A stretch of 64,000 nucleotides of DNA from Utricularia gibba (lineage: Eukaryota; Plantae; Magnoliophyta), in NCBI GenBank assembly GCA_002189035.1, contig NEEC01000011.1, positions 2,418,001 to 2,482,000 on the forward strand, in the 5' to 3' direction. Of this stretch, positions 48,401 to 64,000 are shown piece after piece; position 1 is the stretch's first letter, and the number at the start of each line of letters is the position of its first letter. Made by a program: the position numbers and the translations under genes. The notes beneath the pieces are model-generated. The model was given only the letters and a program-made list of their open reading frames with translations, did not search any database and was not told the DNA's origin.

Positions 48401-51400
48401 CTTCTGAGTGCAAACTACCAAGAAGGGGCTTTCTCATGGGGAAAGAGTAACCTTCATTTCCCATATCTGTCATACCACTCTCAAAATTTAGGGTGGAAGT
48501 AATTCCCATCTCTTGGTCAGATGTGAACAATGGAAGGTTTCCATTTTTCTCGTCATAATATTGACGAAATAGGCCCATGTCAGTAATTTCTTCAGGAGGA
48601 ACAGATATGTCTGAAAGTGGGTAACTTATTCCAAGCGAATTCGCATGGGAAGGCACAGTAGATGTAGATTCCTGATTGTAGCCGGCCTTTCCTGCTGGAA
48701 AACAGCATTATTGCAAAACTGTTACGCAAATTATTTAGTGCGTGAAATTCCTGCAGTAAATACCTGCTACAGGATTGCAAGTGACATCGGGCCAATAGGC
48801 TAAATCAACCGGTGCTGCAGCCGCCAATGAATAGCTTCCTCCACTAAAATCCCCATTTCCATTATCTAGTGGGAATGGCACTGAAGTCCGTCCATAAATG
48901 CCCTGTGTTTCTGCAATAGTACCAAATTTACCTCAGTTTGTTTACAGCACTTAATGTGAATAAAACCTTAAACAACAAAAAATTTAAAAGCGAGAAAAGG
49001 AAAATGTTGAATACCTGCAGTCAAAGGTGAACTGTAAGAACTCGAATGGGTATAATGACTATCATCTTGTAATGAAGAATCCGGATATGAATGAAATTCA
49101 GAAGTTCCCTGGTGATAATTCACTGAAAGTAATAGATGAAAGGGCATCATCGGAAGATAACATTTTGATCACTATCAAGGAAGTGCTTACCGGATTCAGC
49201 ATCAGCATACGCTGATGACGGACTACAAGGACTTGTTCCACGAGACCTCGTAGACATTGAACTGTCTGTTCCAGGATTTAAACCAACTCCATCGTCTCTG
49301 ACACCACTGATATTTGCTTTATGTCCCTAAAAAGTAATAAAGAATTCAACACATTGAAGATGTTCGACAACAATCCATCCAGGCGTGATTTGTCAGAAAA
49401 GCAGCTTAAGCAAGGTACACTTACATATTACCCTGTTAATTTTCAAGCAATATACACACTACCCTCTGGGATTAAAATCCTAGGCGCATGCTCTACTCAT
49501 TAGAACCATGTGTCACTATGCTACCAAGCTATGCATAGTACGTTGTTCTAGCAGGAGGTTTTGCCTTATCAAATGGTGATGTTACAAATAAGTGAGACAT
49601 CCATGCAAATGGCACAATAGCATGGGTTTTATTGTTTCGTTTGATATTATTAGAGGTATCATGATCATCATGATTATTGATATAACAGCGCATTTGTTTA
49701 TCACATATAATAAAATGGATCAAATACAATAAACTATGATTCACATATTTCTCAACTACAATCATTGCTAACCTTAATTTCCAAGTAGTGCACAAATACT
49801 ATATGCATGAGATCCCTGAAAAAAAAATTATAAAAAAAAGTTAAACTTCAGTTCCGGTACATGCTCTTTTTGTGTGCATTTGAAACAAATAGCATACATG
49901 CTCAAACTATAAGGTTTCTTATAGTATTAATATAGAAGCAAAGAATGCACGGCAAATGATGGTAAGTGAATATTTAAATATAACGGGAAACCGAGAACCC
50001 CGTGTAATCTTGAAACAAAAAAAAAAAAGAAAAAAGACAGGTGAAATGCTGACCCATATGCAGGAGATGTTCATCTGTTTAGATCTATGTTGAGAGATTA
50101 AAACGGTCAGTTTTTTCCTCACATTAAAAAATAACATGTGATCATTTCTAATCATTTGAAACACGATTTGAGGTACAGTTTCAAGCTTCAGATCATTCCC
50201 ATAAAATCTCAAAAAAAAAAAAACGATAATCAATACAAGAACTTGAAAATCCAAGACTAAATAAGGAAATTATCAAGGAAAAATGCTTTTTTTACTAAAA
50301 ACATAGTTTGGTGTTCGCCTAAAACAACTTCCCAGATGATGATGAAGTGATAGCAGTTAAAACTTACGGCTCAAGTAACCAGTAACTGCGCCTCTGGAAA
50401 TTCTCGTTGTCTTCCCCATGGGCATAATAACAGTGCAGCATATCAATGCTTCCAACCTGAGTAGATGTCGGAGGTAATAGTGAGAGGGAAGAATTATCTA
50501 AGTTCAACAGGATTAGCATGTTTTCTCGATACAGGCATATGTTGTCCATGGCATTGCGAAAAAAAAAAAATTAGCGGAAGCAGCTCATTCAGGAAAAGAG
50601 GTACACAGTGAGAATATGGTAAAAAAGTTATATTGGCAAATGTTGTCCACGGCATTGTGAGAAAAAAAACACAATGATAACTTTTTTTATCATACGTTCA
50701 TTGGCATAAATTCAAGAAAAAGACAGTGTGCCACAGGAAACGCATACCTTCAATTTTTCATGGGCTTCCTTAACTGTCTTTCCATCCTTTTTCTTTCTCC
50801 AATTATGTCCATCCTTTCTAAAGTACCTTAATGCCTTGCGGTCAAAAAGGAAAACAGAACCACCTGGGAAGCATAATGCATCATTAGACACAACCATGCA
50901 GCTTAACACTTGAGTGCACGTGCTTGACTCTAAAGCACCAACTAAATAGAAAGCATGCAGCATGAGCAAAGAGAGGTGATTTGTTTCCATTGGTTATATT
51001 CATCAAAATACGAAACCTGATTCCAGACGAACATTTGAAGGGAGCTTGTAATAATTCATCATGATAAGACTACGAACAGTAAAATCCAACTTTGGTCACA
51101 CGGAAATAAAGATTTGATAAGGAGCCCTAAAAAACTACTACTAGCAGACAGGGTATGAAAAAAGCGAAAAATCATCAACAAAAGTTAGTAGTAAGATAGA
51201 GGTGCCTGAAACTTCATCTTAATTTACATGGAAGATAAAATGCTATGGGTCTTATATTAATCATCAAGGAGTGCATGATCTTTCTAATTTTACTTGATCC
51301 TTCAGAATCATTCATGGAAAAGAAGGAAATGAAAGCATACAAAAGGAAAAGTACAAATAAAGAAAGACATACTTATCGGTTTACACGGAGACTCCGAAGA

Positions 51401-51836
51401 AATATTAAAGTTTTGGTAGTTTCGTAAAATTTCACAAATTTCAGCAGGTCTCAGCCATCGACTTTGGGCTTCGTAGAGTGTCTTCTGAATATCTGTAAGT
51501 TTCAAGACCAGATACTAACAATTAGACGTCATAGCAGCAATAACAGTCGTAAGAAACTAGCACCCCCACTAAACCACTTCATCAAACCAACCCAAAGCTC
51601 AGATCATCTAACAGCTTAGCAAAACCAACCAAATCCAAGGAAATCAATGACTTCGGCAATCAGTTAGCACAATCGATTCACACACACACTCCCTAAAACA
51701 GTCACTCTGCAAACCTCAAACAACGATCACTCACAAGCCCTAGAAAATCAAATTTCCCCCAGTTTACACAGACAACAGCAAAAGAAAACCATACAGTCAC
51801 CGTACCCAGCTGAAGTACTGGTCCGCTTTCATCCAT
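45438..51836 (-). CDS. CAMTA: Calmodulin-binding transcription activator (CAMTA1/2/3-like), multi-exon; apparent frameshift at 46133-46136
   Basis: CG-1 (WLRPAEICEIL, RYFRKDGHNWRKKKDGKTVKEAHEKLK), TIG, ankyrin (GWTALHWAAFYGRE), IQ motifs, WSVGIMEKAILRWRRK calmodulin-binding domain. Confidence 0.95.
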
Positions 51837-52462
51837 AACTTCTCCAGCCCTATGCTCCCCAATCAGCTCACGAAACCATGGTGTGAAACTCCAACTAACC
51901 AACACATTCGCAGTGGATTCCGATATTTATAGCGCGGGCGAAATATACCCTTTTCACAACAGCAACGCAAGGGAAGCCAGCAGACATGCGGTAAACAAAT
52001 AGCGCACCGCCACGTGGCGAGATAAATGCAACTCCAGGCCTCCTGCCCAGATTTTACGTTGAATTATTGGTACCCTTGGGACCCGGCGCTCCCGTCGACA
52101 CGTCACTGTACTGAATTATTGTTATTTATTTAGAATTTTTTAATAATTATAGTTTAATTATATAATTCCATGTTATCCTCATTTCTTTATTGATTTAGAA
52201 ATTTGGTCATCTTATTATATATGTGTAAAAAATTAGTCATTCTTGAAATTAATTTTTTTATTAATCCATGAAATAAAAAAAGGAAAATAATCCGATTTGT
52301 AATTCACTACTGCCTCTTACAATTTTCAACTGCTACACCCAAATCAATTGATGGGTCACATTATTACATCGGACTTAGGCGTCCCCCAACGACGTCGTTA
52401 CGTCCTAATGCGCAATCTCAAGATTTTCTTCATTAACTTCCAATCATTGGGCTATGGAGAAG

Positions 52463-52507
52463 CACGTGGCACACCGTTGACCTAGTCAATGGATAAGAAC
52501 CGTTGAC
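52463..52507. promoter_or_regulatory. G-box plus inverted W-box pair in CAMTA-AOX2 divergent spacer
   Basis: CACGTG at 52463; TTGACC at 52477 and AGTCAA at 52484; TTGAC core at 52503. Confidence 0.45.
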
Positions 52508-53127
52508 AACCTTGCCTATCATCTAAACCACTAGCACTTGAACTTTGAAATAGTAACTCTGAACAAATTATATTCTAGTTTTTATATTTATATTCACGAA
52601 TTTTATATATAATTATTTTTTATTTTTACTAAAATTGAAAAAAAAAAATGCGACAGTCGTTTCTCATAATCAATTTTTATAATAATTTCTATATTTTTTT
52701 TTTGAGAGAGGAGATATAAAGATACAATAATATAATGGGAAATAATGAGTAATTTAATTATCATTCTTGCATGAATATTATATGGAAGGAATATAAATGG
52801 TAACGGCGGCTGATCAAAAGGAATCCGTTGTATGTGATTGTGTGGTATCTGGAAAGACACGTGGAGGGCTAGATTTTGCGCACGCTAGCCACCAGAGAAA
52901 ACTTGGGAAGAAAGAAAGGTCGGGGGGTTAGGCGTTTCTGTCTTTTAGCGACTAATCGCCTGCTTCTCACGTACATAGACCCTCCATTTGCGTTCTGCCA
53001 CGTCATACACAAGTGAACTAGGAATTGTCCGTTCGTGTGCACCCACACACGCCTTCTTATACCGTTCCATTCCATGCTGTTGCCGCCATACTCGAAGCGT
53101 TTCAGAAGAGTCGCCGCTCTCTTTTGG

Positions 53128-55091
53128 ATGATGAACCACTTCGTGACGAAGACGGTGATGAGAAGTCTAATGGTTGGAGGCTCCGCCGCCAACTTTAGTA
53201 GGTTGCCACCCGTGGCGGCGCATTTGATGGTGCCGTTAGAAGATTCAGCGGCGTCGCGAATAGTTGTGACTGGATGGAAGCGTTTGATGAATACTCAGGC
53301 GGAGGCTTCGGCGACACCGGAGCTTGCGGAGAAGAACGTGAAAACAAGCGATGCTCCGGATCAAAACGTGGAGAAGGGAAACGCAGTGGTTTCGAGCTAT
53401 TGGGGCATTTCGCGGCCAAAAATCACTCGAGAAGACGGCACCGAGTGGCCTTGGAACTGTTTCATGGTAATTTTATCCTGATTTGGATGCTGTAAGATTA
53501 GGCTTACCATCTTGTGTTTGCAATCCTGATTTCCCTGAAGATGTATCTTTGATGTCATTGCCCTGTTTCGAAGTTGCAATAGAATATCGCACAACCCTCT
53601 GTTATTGAACAAGGTCCGTCGTCGAAAACATTTGATCTACATAACTAGTTCTTTTTTTTTTTTTTTTTTTTTGAGAAATTCGTCGATTACAAACTTGGAT
53701 TATACAGATATGAAGGCTGTGCGAGATGATTTCTGAATTATTTGGCAAGTTGGTCGCTTGTTTCAATGACCGTTGTTGTGATGCAGCCATGGGACACGTA
53801 TGAGGCCAATATATCTATTGACCTTCAAAAGCACCATGTTCCAAAGACATTTCTTGACAAGGTGGCATACCGCACGGTGAAGCTTCTTAGAGTTCCTACA
53901 GATTTGTTTTTCCAGGTACTTTTTCTCCATCGCCCTAGCAAATTGTCGTTTCCTTGCTTTTCGAAGATGAGATTTGGTTCTATTGCGTTTAGAAGGTACG
54001 CAGTTTAGTTGCATCCACTTTCCTCTTGTCAAGTTGGGGAATTTAAACTTCATACCTGATAATTGTGGTCCCTGCTACATACTTATGCTAAAATATCAAT
54101 CGTCCTGCAGAGACGATATGGCTGCCGGGCAATGATGCTTGAGACAGTGGCTGCTGTTCCTGGAATGGTGGGAGGAATGCTGTTGCATCTCAAGTCTCTG
54201 CGCAGGTTCCAGCAAAGTGGCGGTTGGATTAAAGCTTTGCTTGAAGAAGCTGAGAATGAGAGAATGCATTTGATGACAATGGTGGAACTTGTGCAGCCAG
54301 CCTGGTACGAAAGGTGGCTAGTTCTTGCCGTTCAAGGAGTGTTCTTTAATGCATTCTTCGGAATGTACCTGGCATCCCCCAAGCTTGCTCATAGGATTGT
54401 TGGTTACCTGGAGGAAGAAGCAATACACTCCTACACAGAGTACTTGAAGGATATAGACAGCGGTAAAATTGAAAACGTTGCTGCTCCTGCTATTGCAATT
54501 GACTACTGGAGACTTCCCAGAAATGCTACTCTCAAAGATGTCATCACTGTTATCCGTGCGGATGAGGCTCACCATCGCGATGTCAACCATTTTGCTTCTG
54601 TGAGTTCTTTGCCTTCTCGTAATGCTTGCCTTTAAGTTCTCATTTTGTGTGATCTCAGTCATGTGCAGCTGATTCTTTTACCCCTACGGCACTTCATTAG
54701 GCTTATTCCACTAGGAAAACCTTTTTTCTTTTTTCGATGTTTTCTTATCCGAAAATTTGGAAAAACAGGGAGTTATGCGAGACATAAGCTATTATCTGAC
54801 ATCTTGAATTTTTAAAAGAGCTTTAACCTACATTTTACAGTGTTACAGTAACACCATCATGTTACACTTCAATGTTTTTCATCTTTCTTATTGCAATCCT
54901 GGAAACACTTCTTCCACTGCTCTCTTCATGATGGATCAAAAGCAAAATTGTTTTATCCTGTAGCCAGTTCCGAAAGAGCATTCAGTTTTCGCTATCATCT
55001 TAGTTGATTGCCATATTGGGGTTATTTGCAGGATATCCATTTCCAGGGTAAGGAACTGAGGGATGCACCAGCGCCTCTTGGATACCACTAG
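53128..55091 (+). CDS. AOX2: Mitochondrial alternative oxidase, AOX2 type, 4 exons
   Basis: PWNCFM (CysI), [51 protein letters not shown]; MTMVEL and NVAAPAIA are AOX2-type signatures. Confidence 0.93.
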
Positions 55092-55370
55092 TAACAGAAC
55101 AGCTCCTCCACAATGGCTTGACAGTCGGTATGACTCAAAAAGCAAGAAGTCTCCAGGTACTTCAACTGCCTTGTGTAGTAAGTGCAGTGTTCGTCCCGTG
55201 TTATCATGTGAACTTCCAAATACAATGAACTATGTTGGATGAAACACACGAGTATGTAAATGCAATTTACTTTTAATCCCTGGCCGGGAACTGTGTGTAT
55301 TCCACCATGCTGCATTATGCGATCTATGTATACATAACTCAATATCCTTATGGCGATGAAGACATTTTTT

Positions 55371-58300
55371 TTATTTCATATCGAGCTTATGAAAAACCTT
55401 CTTCAAAGTGGTCACAGCTTCATCCATCCCAATCCTTTCACGAGGATTCTCTACAGTGCATCTCAAAGCAAGCTCAAGTACACCAGACAAACACTCCAAT
55501 GCTGTCGCAGAAATGGTTTCATCAAGGTCTGCAATCAGCCTAGAGTCGATTATAGAGGCTACTCTCTCAGGAGTTGAATCCCTCACCAGGCTTCTCAATG
55601 ACGAACCGGCAGCAAAGGTCTCATTGCTTGGCTTCATAGCTGTAAACACTTCCATGAGCATTATGCCGTAGCTGTAGACGTCGCAGTTCACAGAGACCAA
55701 TCCTTGAGAGCCATATTCTGAATGAAAGAAAGGAGCTTAGGCCAAGTACATGAAAAAAGGTAAACTTCTGGACACAAGCAGACTCACCAGGTGCAATGTA
55801 GCCTAAGGTTGCAAAAGTATTCGTTTGGGTGAAGCTGATGCTGCCTCCTAATAGCTTTGCGATTCCGAAATCACTCAAGTGTGCAGTCATCTCACAGTCC
55901 AAGAGCACATTGGAGGGCTTTATGTCACAGTGGATGATGGAGGGGAGTTACCATTATGGAGATATTCCAGAGCGCTTGCCACATCAATCATGATGGAGAC
56001 TCTAGTCTTGGTATCCAGGAGATGCTCATCTGAGTAAAGCCATCTCTCAAGGCTACCCTTGGGCATGTACTCCATGACCAGTGCCTTGAATTCTTCATTA
56101 GAGCAAATACCAATGACTTTGCAAAGATTCCGATGGCGAAGGGTCCGGAAAATTTCGCATTCGGTGTCGAAGCTCCTGAACCCTCCTTCCGTCTGTGTGT
56201 TGAAGACCTTGACTGCATAGATCTTGTCTTCGCCAAATTCTCCCTTGTAAACTGATCCGAATCCTCCGGTTCCAAGCAAGTTTTCATCACTGAAACCTGC
56301 AGTTGCTGGAAAAAGATCACGGTATGGAATTCTCATTGGGATTATGCCCACTGGATAATCGTCCTCTGCTTGTGAAGGAACATGGTTCCTTCTGAACTTT
56401 GTGATCACACAGACTGCTAATATCAGAGCCAAGAATAACCCACAAATGACTGGCAGCATGATATATATGTAACCTGTTTTGTGTGGTTTATGAGGTCTAG
56501 CATTTGGACATGGAGGAACATGAAACCGAGGATCGCCACAGAGCCCTGCATTCGACAAAAAAGCGATGTTCGAAAAGTTCTGAAAGGGACCATCAAGTGG
56601 AATCTCACCACTCAAGTTGTTGAAAGATACATCAAAGGATGAAAGCAGCCTGATTTCCTGTAAGGACTTCGGTATGCTGCCTGAAAGACTATTGTGTGAC
56701 AAATCCAATTGTTCCAGGCTCCGAACATCGCCTATGGTTTCTGGGATGTGTCCTTGAAATCTGTTGTGTGATAGAGAAAGATTCACCAGACTTTGCATAT
56801 TTCCAATAGTATCTGGAATACTCCCAGAGAGGTGATTCATTGAAAGATCAAGAATGCTTGCACTCATGAGATTTCCAACAGAGGGAGACAGAGAACCGTT
56901 CAAATAGTTTGTCGATAGATTAAGCTCGAGCAGATTACCAAGCTGCCATAGATTTTCTGGTAGCTCCGACTCCAAGCTGTTATTCTGCATATACAGTTTC
57001 CCAAGCTTACTAGAATTGCTGATGCATGCTGGGATGGCTCCAGTTATTTGATTTCCACCAAGATACATCTCATAACATTTCTGCAGGCCACACACAGCGT
57101 TTGGTAGTGGACCAGTTAGTCTGTTTTGATACAGATATAATCCCTGCAGATTTTGCAAATCCACCAGTGTATTCGGGATTGACCCTGAGAGTTGATTCCG
57201 GCTTAGGCGCAATGACACCAAGCCAGTAAGATTTCCAATCTCAGTCGGAATATCTCCATAGAGATGGCACTCTGAAAGTTGAAGTTCTTGGAGAGTATCC
57301 GAAAGATTGCCCACAGATCTAGGCAATGTTGCAGTAAAAGGATTGCGGTCTAGAATCAAACCTTCTAGATATCTGCATCTTGTCAACTGAGAAATGAAGC
57401 TCAATTCAGTTGAATCATCAACAAAGTTATTCCATTCCAAGTTGAGGAATGTCAAGAATCTAAGATCACCAATGGAGATTGGAACCGTCCCAGACATGAG
57501 ATTATCAGCAAACTCAACAAACCTTAGTTGCGAAGAATTCGAGATAGATTGTGGGAGTTCACCTGTAAACCTGTTGAATGACATGTATATTCCATCAAGG
57601 TTTGGCAAACCACGAAACAAATCAGTTGGGAGATTGCCAGTAAACTCATTTCGCCAACCCGCAAGGGTAGTTAGTGATGATATGTTGAACATCTCATTCG
57701 GAAGCGAACCATGGAACTTGTTATCATCCAGATGAAGAATTCGCAATCTACCAAGGTTTCCAATCTCCCTCGGGATTGTGCCTGCACCCTCAATCACATT
57801 GTTGACATGAATATGAGATTTGATCAAAACATGAAAGTAACTCTAAGGCTGAAGCACAGATGAAAAAAATAGAGACGATTTTGCAGCATGTTCTATGGAA
57901 CACAGCTCAGAGTAGTACCTTCCAGCTGGTTGTGGCCAAGTAATAGCAGCTCAACCTCAGATAAGTTGGTCAGTTCTCTAGGAAAAGGTCCACTGAAACT
58001 GTTGTAAGACAAAGAGGCTATTCGAAGTTTGGAGCATCTAGCAATATTGCGAGGGATTTCTCCTTGGAGCTGATTCTGCGACAAGGCCAACACTTGGAGC
58101 TGTGAGTTACCGGAGCAGATATTGGCCGGAAGTTCCCCTGATAAATTGTTGTAAGTCAGTGCCATGAGCCTTAAGCTGGACACGTTGAGGAGAGTCTCTG
58201 GAATTGGGCCATTCATTTCGTTGTCTTGAAGCGAAAACATCTCGAGTTTGCGAAGATTCCCAATTTCCGCTGGGATTTCTCCTGTTAGATAATTATCTGC

Positions 58301-58846
58301 GAGGCGCAATGTCTCAAGATTGGATGCATTGCCTAGAGAGAGGGGCAAGAAGCCATACAAATCATTAGCCGAAAGAATCAGTAATCGAAGCTTGCCCATG
58401 TTTCCGATCCACGACGGAATCACCCCCCTGAAGCTATTATTCCCCAAATTCAGGGTTTCAAGCATTGATAATCGGGACAATTCCGGGATCAATTCGCCAC
58501 TGAAGTTGTTACTGCTGAGGTCCAGATGTTGAAGAAACGTGAGATTCCCAATTTCAGGAGGCAAATCCCCTGACATCCCCATGCCAGAAAAATTCAAGGA
58601 GATAACTCGGCTATGAATACCACCACAAGTTACCCCAATCCATGCGCAGATGGATGAAGAATCGGACCAATTTGCAGCTGTTTCAGAAGAAACTGCTCTG
58701 GGTTTGAAGGCGGCGACTGCCGATGCGTCTGTTCTGAAGCTCGCTGTCGCGTCTACGCAACAGCAGCTTCCTAGGAACAAAAGTGCCGCTACTAGAAGTG
58801 GAGAAATACAAGAAAACCAGCGAGCAACTGCAGAAGAAGAAGCCAT
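55371..58846 (-). CDS. LRR receptor-like kinase, subfamily XII-like, non-RD; apparent frameshift at 55939-55945
   Basis: Signal peptide, LRRNT (CAWIGVTC), more than 20 plant LRRs, [25 protein letters not shown] after a one-base correction, DFGIAK; introns near 57782-57917 and in the kinase. Confidence 0.92.
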
Positions 58847-58967
58847 GACTGGACACGAGTGGAAGTGGCACCACCACTTTATACCCAGAAATCATTCGTT
58901 CTTTTCCCCTAATTTCAAAGCTTTCGTGTGATCGCCACCACCACTTGACTCAGAAGTTCAGTGGCAC

Positions 58968-59013
58968 CACTTCACAGTTCACACTTCACAGTTCACACTT
59001 CACAGTTCACACT
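58968..59013. repeat. Tandem repeat (CACTTCACAGTTCA)x3 plus partial copy
   Basis: Three exact 14-nt copies. Confidence 0.9.
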
Positions 59014-59267
59014 CCTTTCCACTGTGAGCCGTCTTCTTGCTGGGAGGGAAGACTCATCTTGACTTGAAGACTTCGACCGGGTCGGCCCAAATAAGCTTGG
59101 CCCAAATGAGTAAGCCCAAACCGGTTAAACAAACTAACCCTTCCTTCATAATACGGAAGCTTCCTCCCTCCACAAAACCGAACGAAATCGAAAACAGGTT
59201 CAAAGGTGGAGACGAGAACGCGATTCGCGCGTCACAGGAGGCGTCTAGAAGTTTCTCGGCCATCTGA

Positions 59268-61812
<2,545 letters not shown>

Positions 61813-62141
61813 GAGTTAAGTTTGGATTCCGTTTAGTAGTAGCTGTAGCAGTGAACTCTCTCTGTCTGATGTCTCCCAGATCAACGGCTTTCATTGTTGT
61901 ATATGATGTAACCATGGTACATGAAACTCAGTTCCCCGGCAGAGTGATTGTTGCTTTTCTTTTGGACTTCACATCTGAAATTAATTGCAAAATAACAATA
62001 TTATTTACTACTGCTTTTCTGATTCTGTGTGATTGGTACATCAGTGTTGGAAGGTTTCTGGGTTGCCTCAGTTATCATGTGCGACAGTAGATGCAGATTT
62101 CTGTATCCTGAATCTTAATGCTGCATGGGCACAGAATCTAT

Positions 62142-64000
62142 CTAATAAGATCGCTGTTGGCTGGTTTCCATGTCTAGTTTTTGTCTCATCTGGTGATCAT
62201 TCGACTCCTTGTGCTCGTACGGCAGGACGACAACAGGGGCTGCTGGAATCATGTCCCATCTTTCCTTGAGGAGCCTCATGAATGCAACAACCATCTTCCT
62301 CCTGAACTCCAGCTCCCTCGTGAACAGATCAAATATCACAACTCCAGCAATGTACTTGAATGGGATCATGAACAGCACGGCTGCACCGACTAGCAATGCA
62401 ACCGAGACTTCGGTTGTTACCTGGAAGTAGAAACATGAAGAAGAAATGGATTGGATCTTGTTCTGAGTCAGGGGGGAAGAGATGGGTGAATGAATGAGTA
62501 CCTGTGGGTGCCCTGCTAAAAGGATAGAGCGAATTTTGAGGAGGATCACATTGACATTCTGGAGATATTTCTCCATTTCACGCATTGCCTCTTTCAGGGC
62601 AATGATTTTCTGGATTGTGTTGGATGGAGGCTGGTCGAAAATGGTGATTTGTCCGAAAAAACGCCCCAGTCGACCTTGCTCTTTGAGTCCCTTCAGTAAC
62701 AACATGACGCAGGACAGGGATATCAAGCTTATGGGCAAGATATAGGGCAGCAAGTTCCTGATCAAAACCAACACATAACAACGGAAAGGATTGAGCAGGG
62801 GCAAAAAAATGTGTATCAGTCATTTCTGGGATCCGGAAAAAGTACTACCTGGACAAAACCAGATAGGAAAGCCCCAGAAAAGATGCTGTGGCAATAGGAT
62901 CCTCCCAACGCCTTAGTCTTTCAAATGTATGGGCAGCCATAGTGAATGGCAGTACAAGCTCCTGCAAAGGCAAAAATGAAACAGAATATATAGGCCCCTC
63001 TTCATGAAGAAGATGAAAGGACTGAGATTTGAAACCTTGAAAAGGTCGATGTTACTCGGAATTCCTTCGATTGTTGCAGCATCAATGGTTGCTTGAGTTC
63101 TCTCAACCACCCTGTATTTATCTTTGCATGTCATTGCAGCTCTTTCCACCATCGTCATACCAGCTACGACAAGGTTCTTGCTGAGCACAACTCCCCTTTT
63201 AATTGGCATGCTCTTCCAAAAAGCCAGAGAGGCGTTAGTACGCCAAGATGAAGATGCCATCCATTTCCTCAAGTACACACTTCCATCTATATCAAAAACA
63301 TGACTGCTGCTTTCAGGTGTAGGACTAATGGATGTGATCTGAAGTCGGTTTGCTTCATCAACTGATGGTTTCTTGATCATAGGTCCACCCAAAAGTTAAC
63401 TGCAAGAGTTTCAAGAACAGTATCTCCATATGGTGCATTTTCCAAATATGAAAATGGTAGCAACTTTGTTGGATCATCTAAGGTCCTCCGCATGAAATGA
63501 AGTGCTTGAAGTCTAGCAACAGCATTTGCAGTGTAAGTTCTGGCCTTTTCACTCCCTCTCTGAGCACCATACACGTCAAAGACAGACTGATCACCGGCCT
63601 TCGGACCATATTCATTTAGAAATCTGTGGAAAGCTATGACTTCATTGACGAAAGCAAACCAGACATCTCTTCTCATTTCGCTCTTCAAGTCAACGAATTC
63701 AAGAACCAACGGCTCAGAACTGATTGAAATATTCATCAAGAATCCAAAAGACAGAAGAGCAGGATTTAGTGAATACATATGAAGGTAAAAAAATGCTAAC
63801 GGTAAGGTGTAAATGAAACAAAACAAACAAGCGAAGCAATGCAAAGATGAGAAAGTAAGGAAGCTTACTCACTCTAGGCCAGATGAAACAGAGATGGCAG
63901 AATCAAAAACATTTGATCCTAGAGGGCCAACTCTAGTCTTCTCAACTCTTGAATCCTTACGAGAAAGGTCACGTCTGACAGTAGTTCCTTCTCCAACCAA
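62142..64000 (-). CDS. DUF639 plant protein, 5'-partial; apparent frameshift at 63388-63390
   Basis: RRDVWFAFVNEV, AVARLQALH, SYLENAPYGD, TQATIDAATIEGIPSNIDLFK, LVRLMKERW-like C-terminal segment typical of DUF639. Confidence 0.8.

Noticed and set aside
51033-51046. TTGAAGGGAGCT resembling part of miR159/319
   Set aside because: Only a 12-nt match, inside a CAMTA intron, with no complementary arm.

Overview
This is nuclear DNA from a flowering plant with a very compact genome: spliceosomal introns are mostly short, and the 64 kb holds 23 protein-coding genes (two cut by the window edges) plus one pseudogene. That density suggests a miniaturised eudicot genome such as Lentibulariaceae, which is inference only. 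Genes in order: PHT1-family transporter, peroxisomal enoyl-CoA isomerase, FHA protein, ARM-repeat protein, release factor PrfB2, Kelch protein, GDSL lipase, SPT16, DUF3755 Myb-like protein, cytochrome b561/DOMON, RPL5, QWRF, PR-1/CAP, BAG-IQ, peroxisomal MDH, secreted Tyr/Pro/Gly-rich protein, ORC4, DUF3054, DiT2 pseudogene, CAMTA, AOX2, non-RD LRR-RLK, MSI1, DUF639. The main finding is an intact PHT1 paralogue at 1-1490, absent from the ORF track because it runs off the edge. Five conserved phosphate-binding or proton-coupling residues are replaced while the fold motifs are kept, and its promoter has no P1BS. Other findings are a DiT2 gene collapsed to its first and last segments, a U12-type intron in ORC4, a 5-nt coding micro-exon for SPT16, an orphan secreted (Tyr-Pro)-rich protein, and an unexplained promoter between two convergent genes. 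About ten frameshifts sit in G/C homopolymers and are probably assembly errors. No tRNA, rRNA, CRISPR or intact transposon was recognised.
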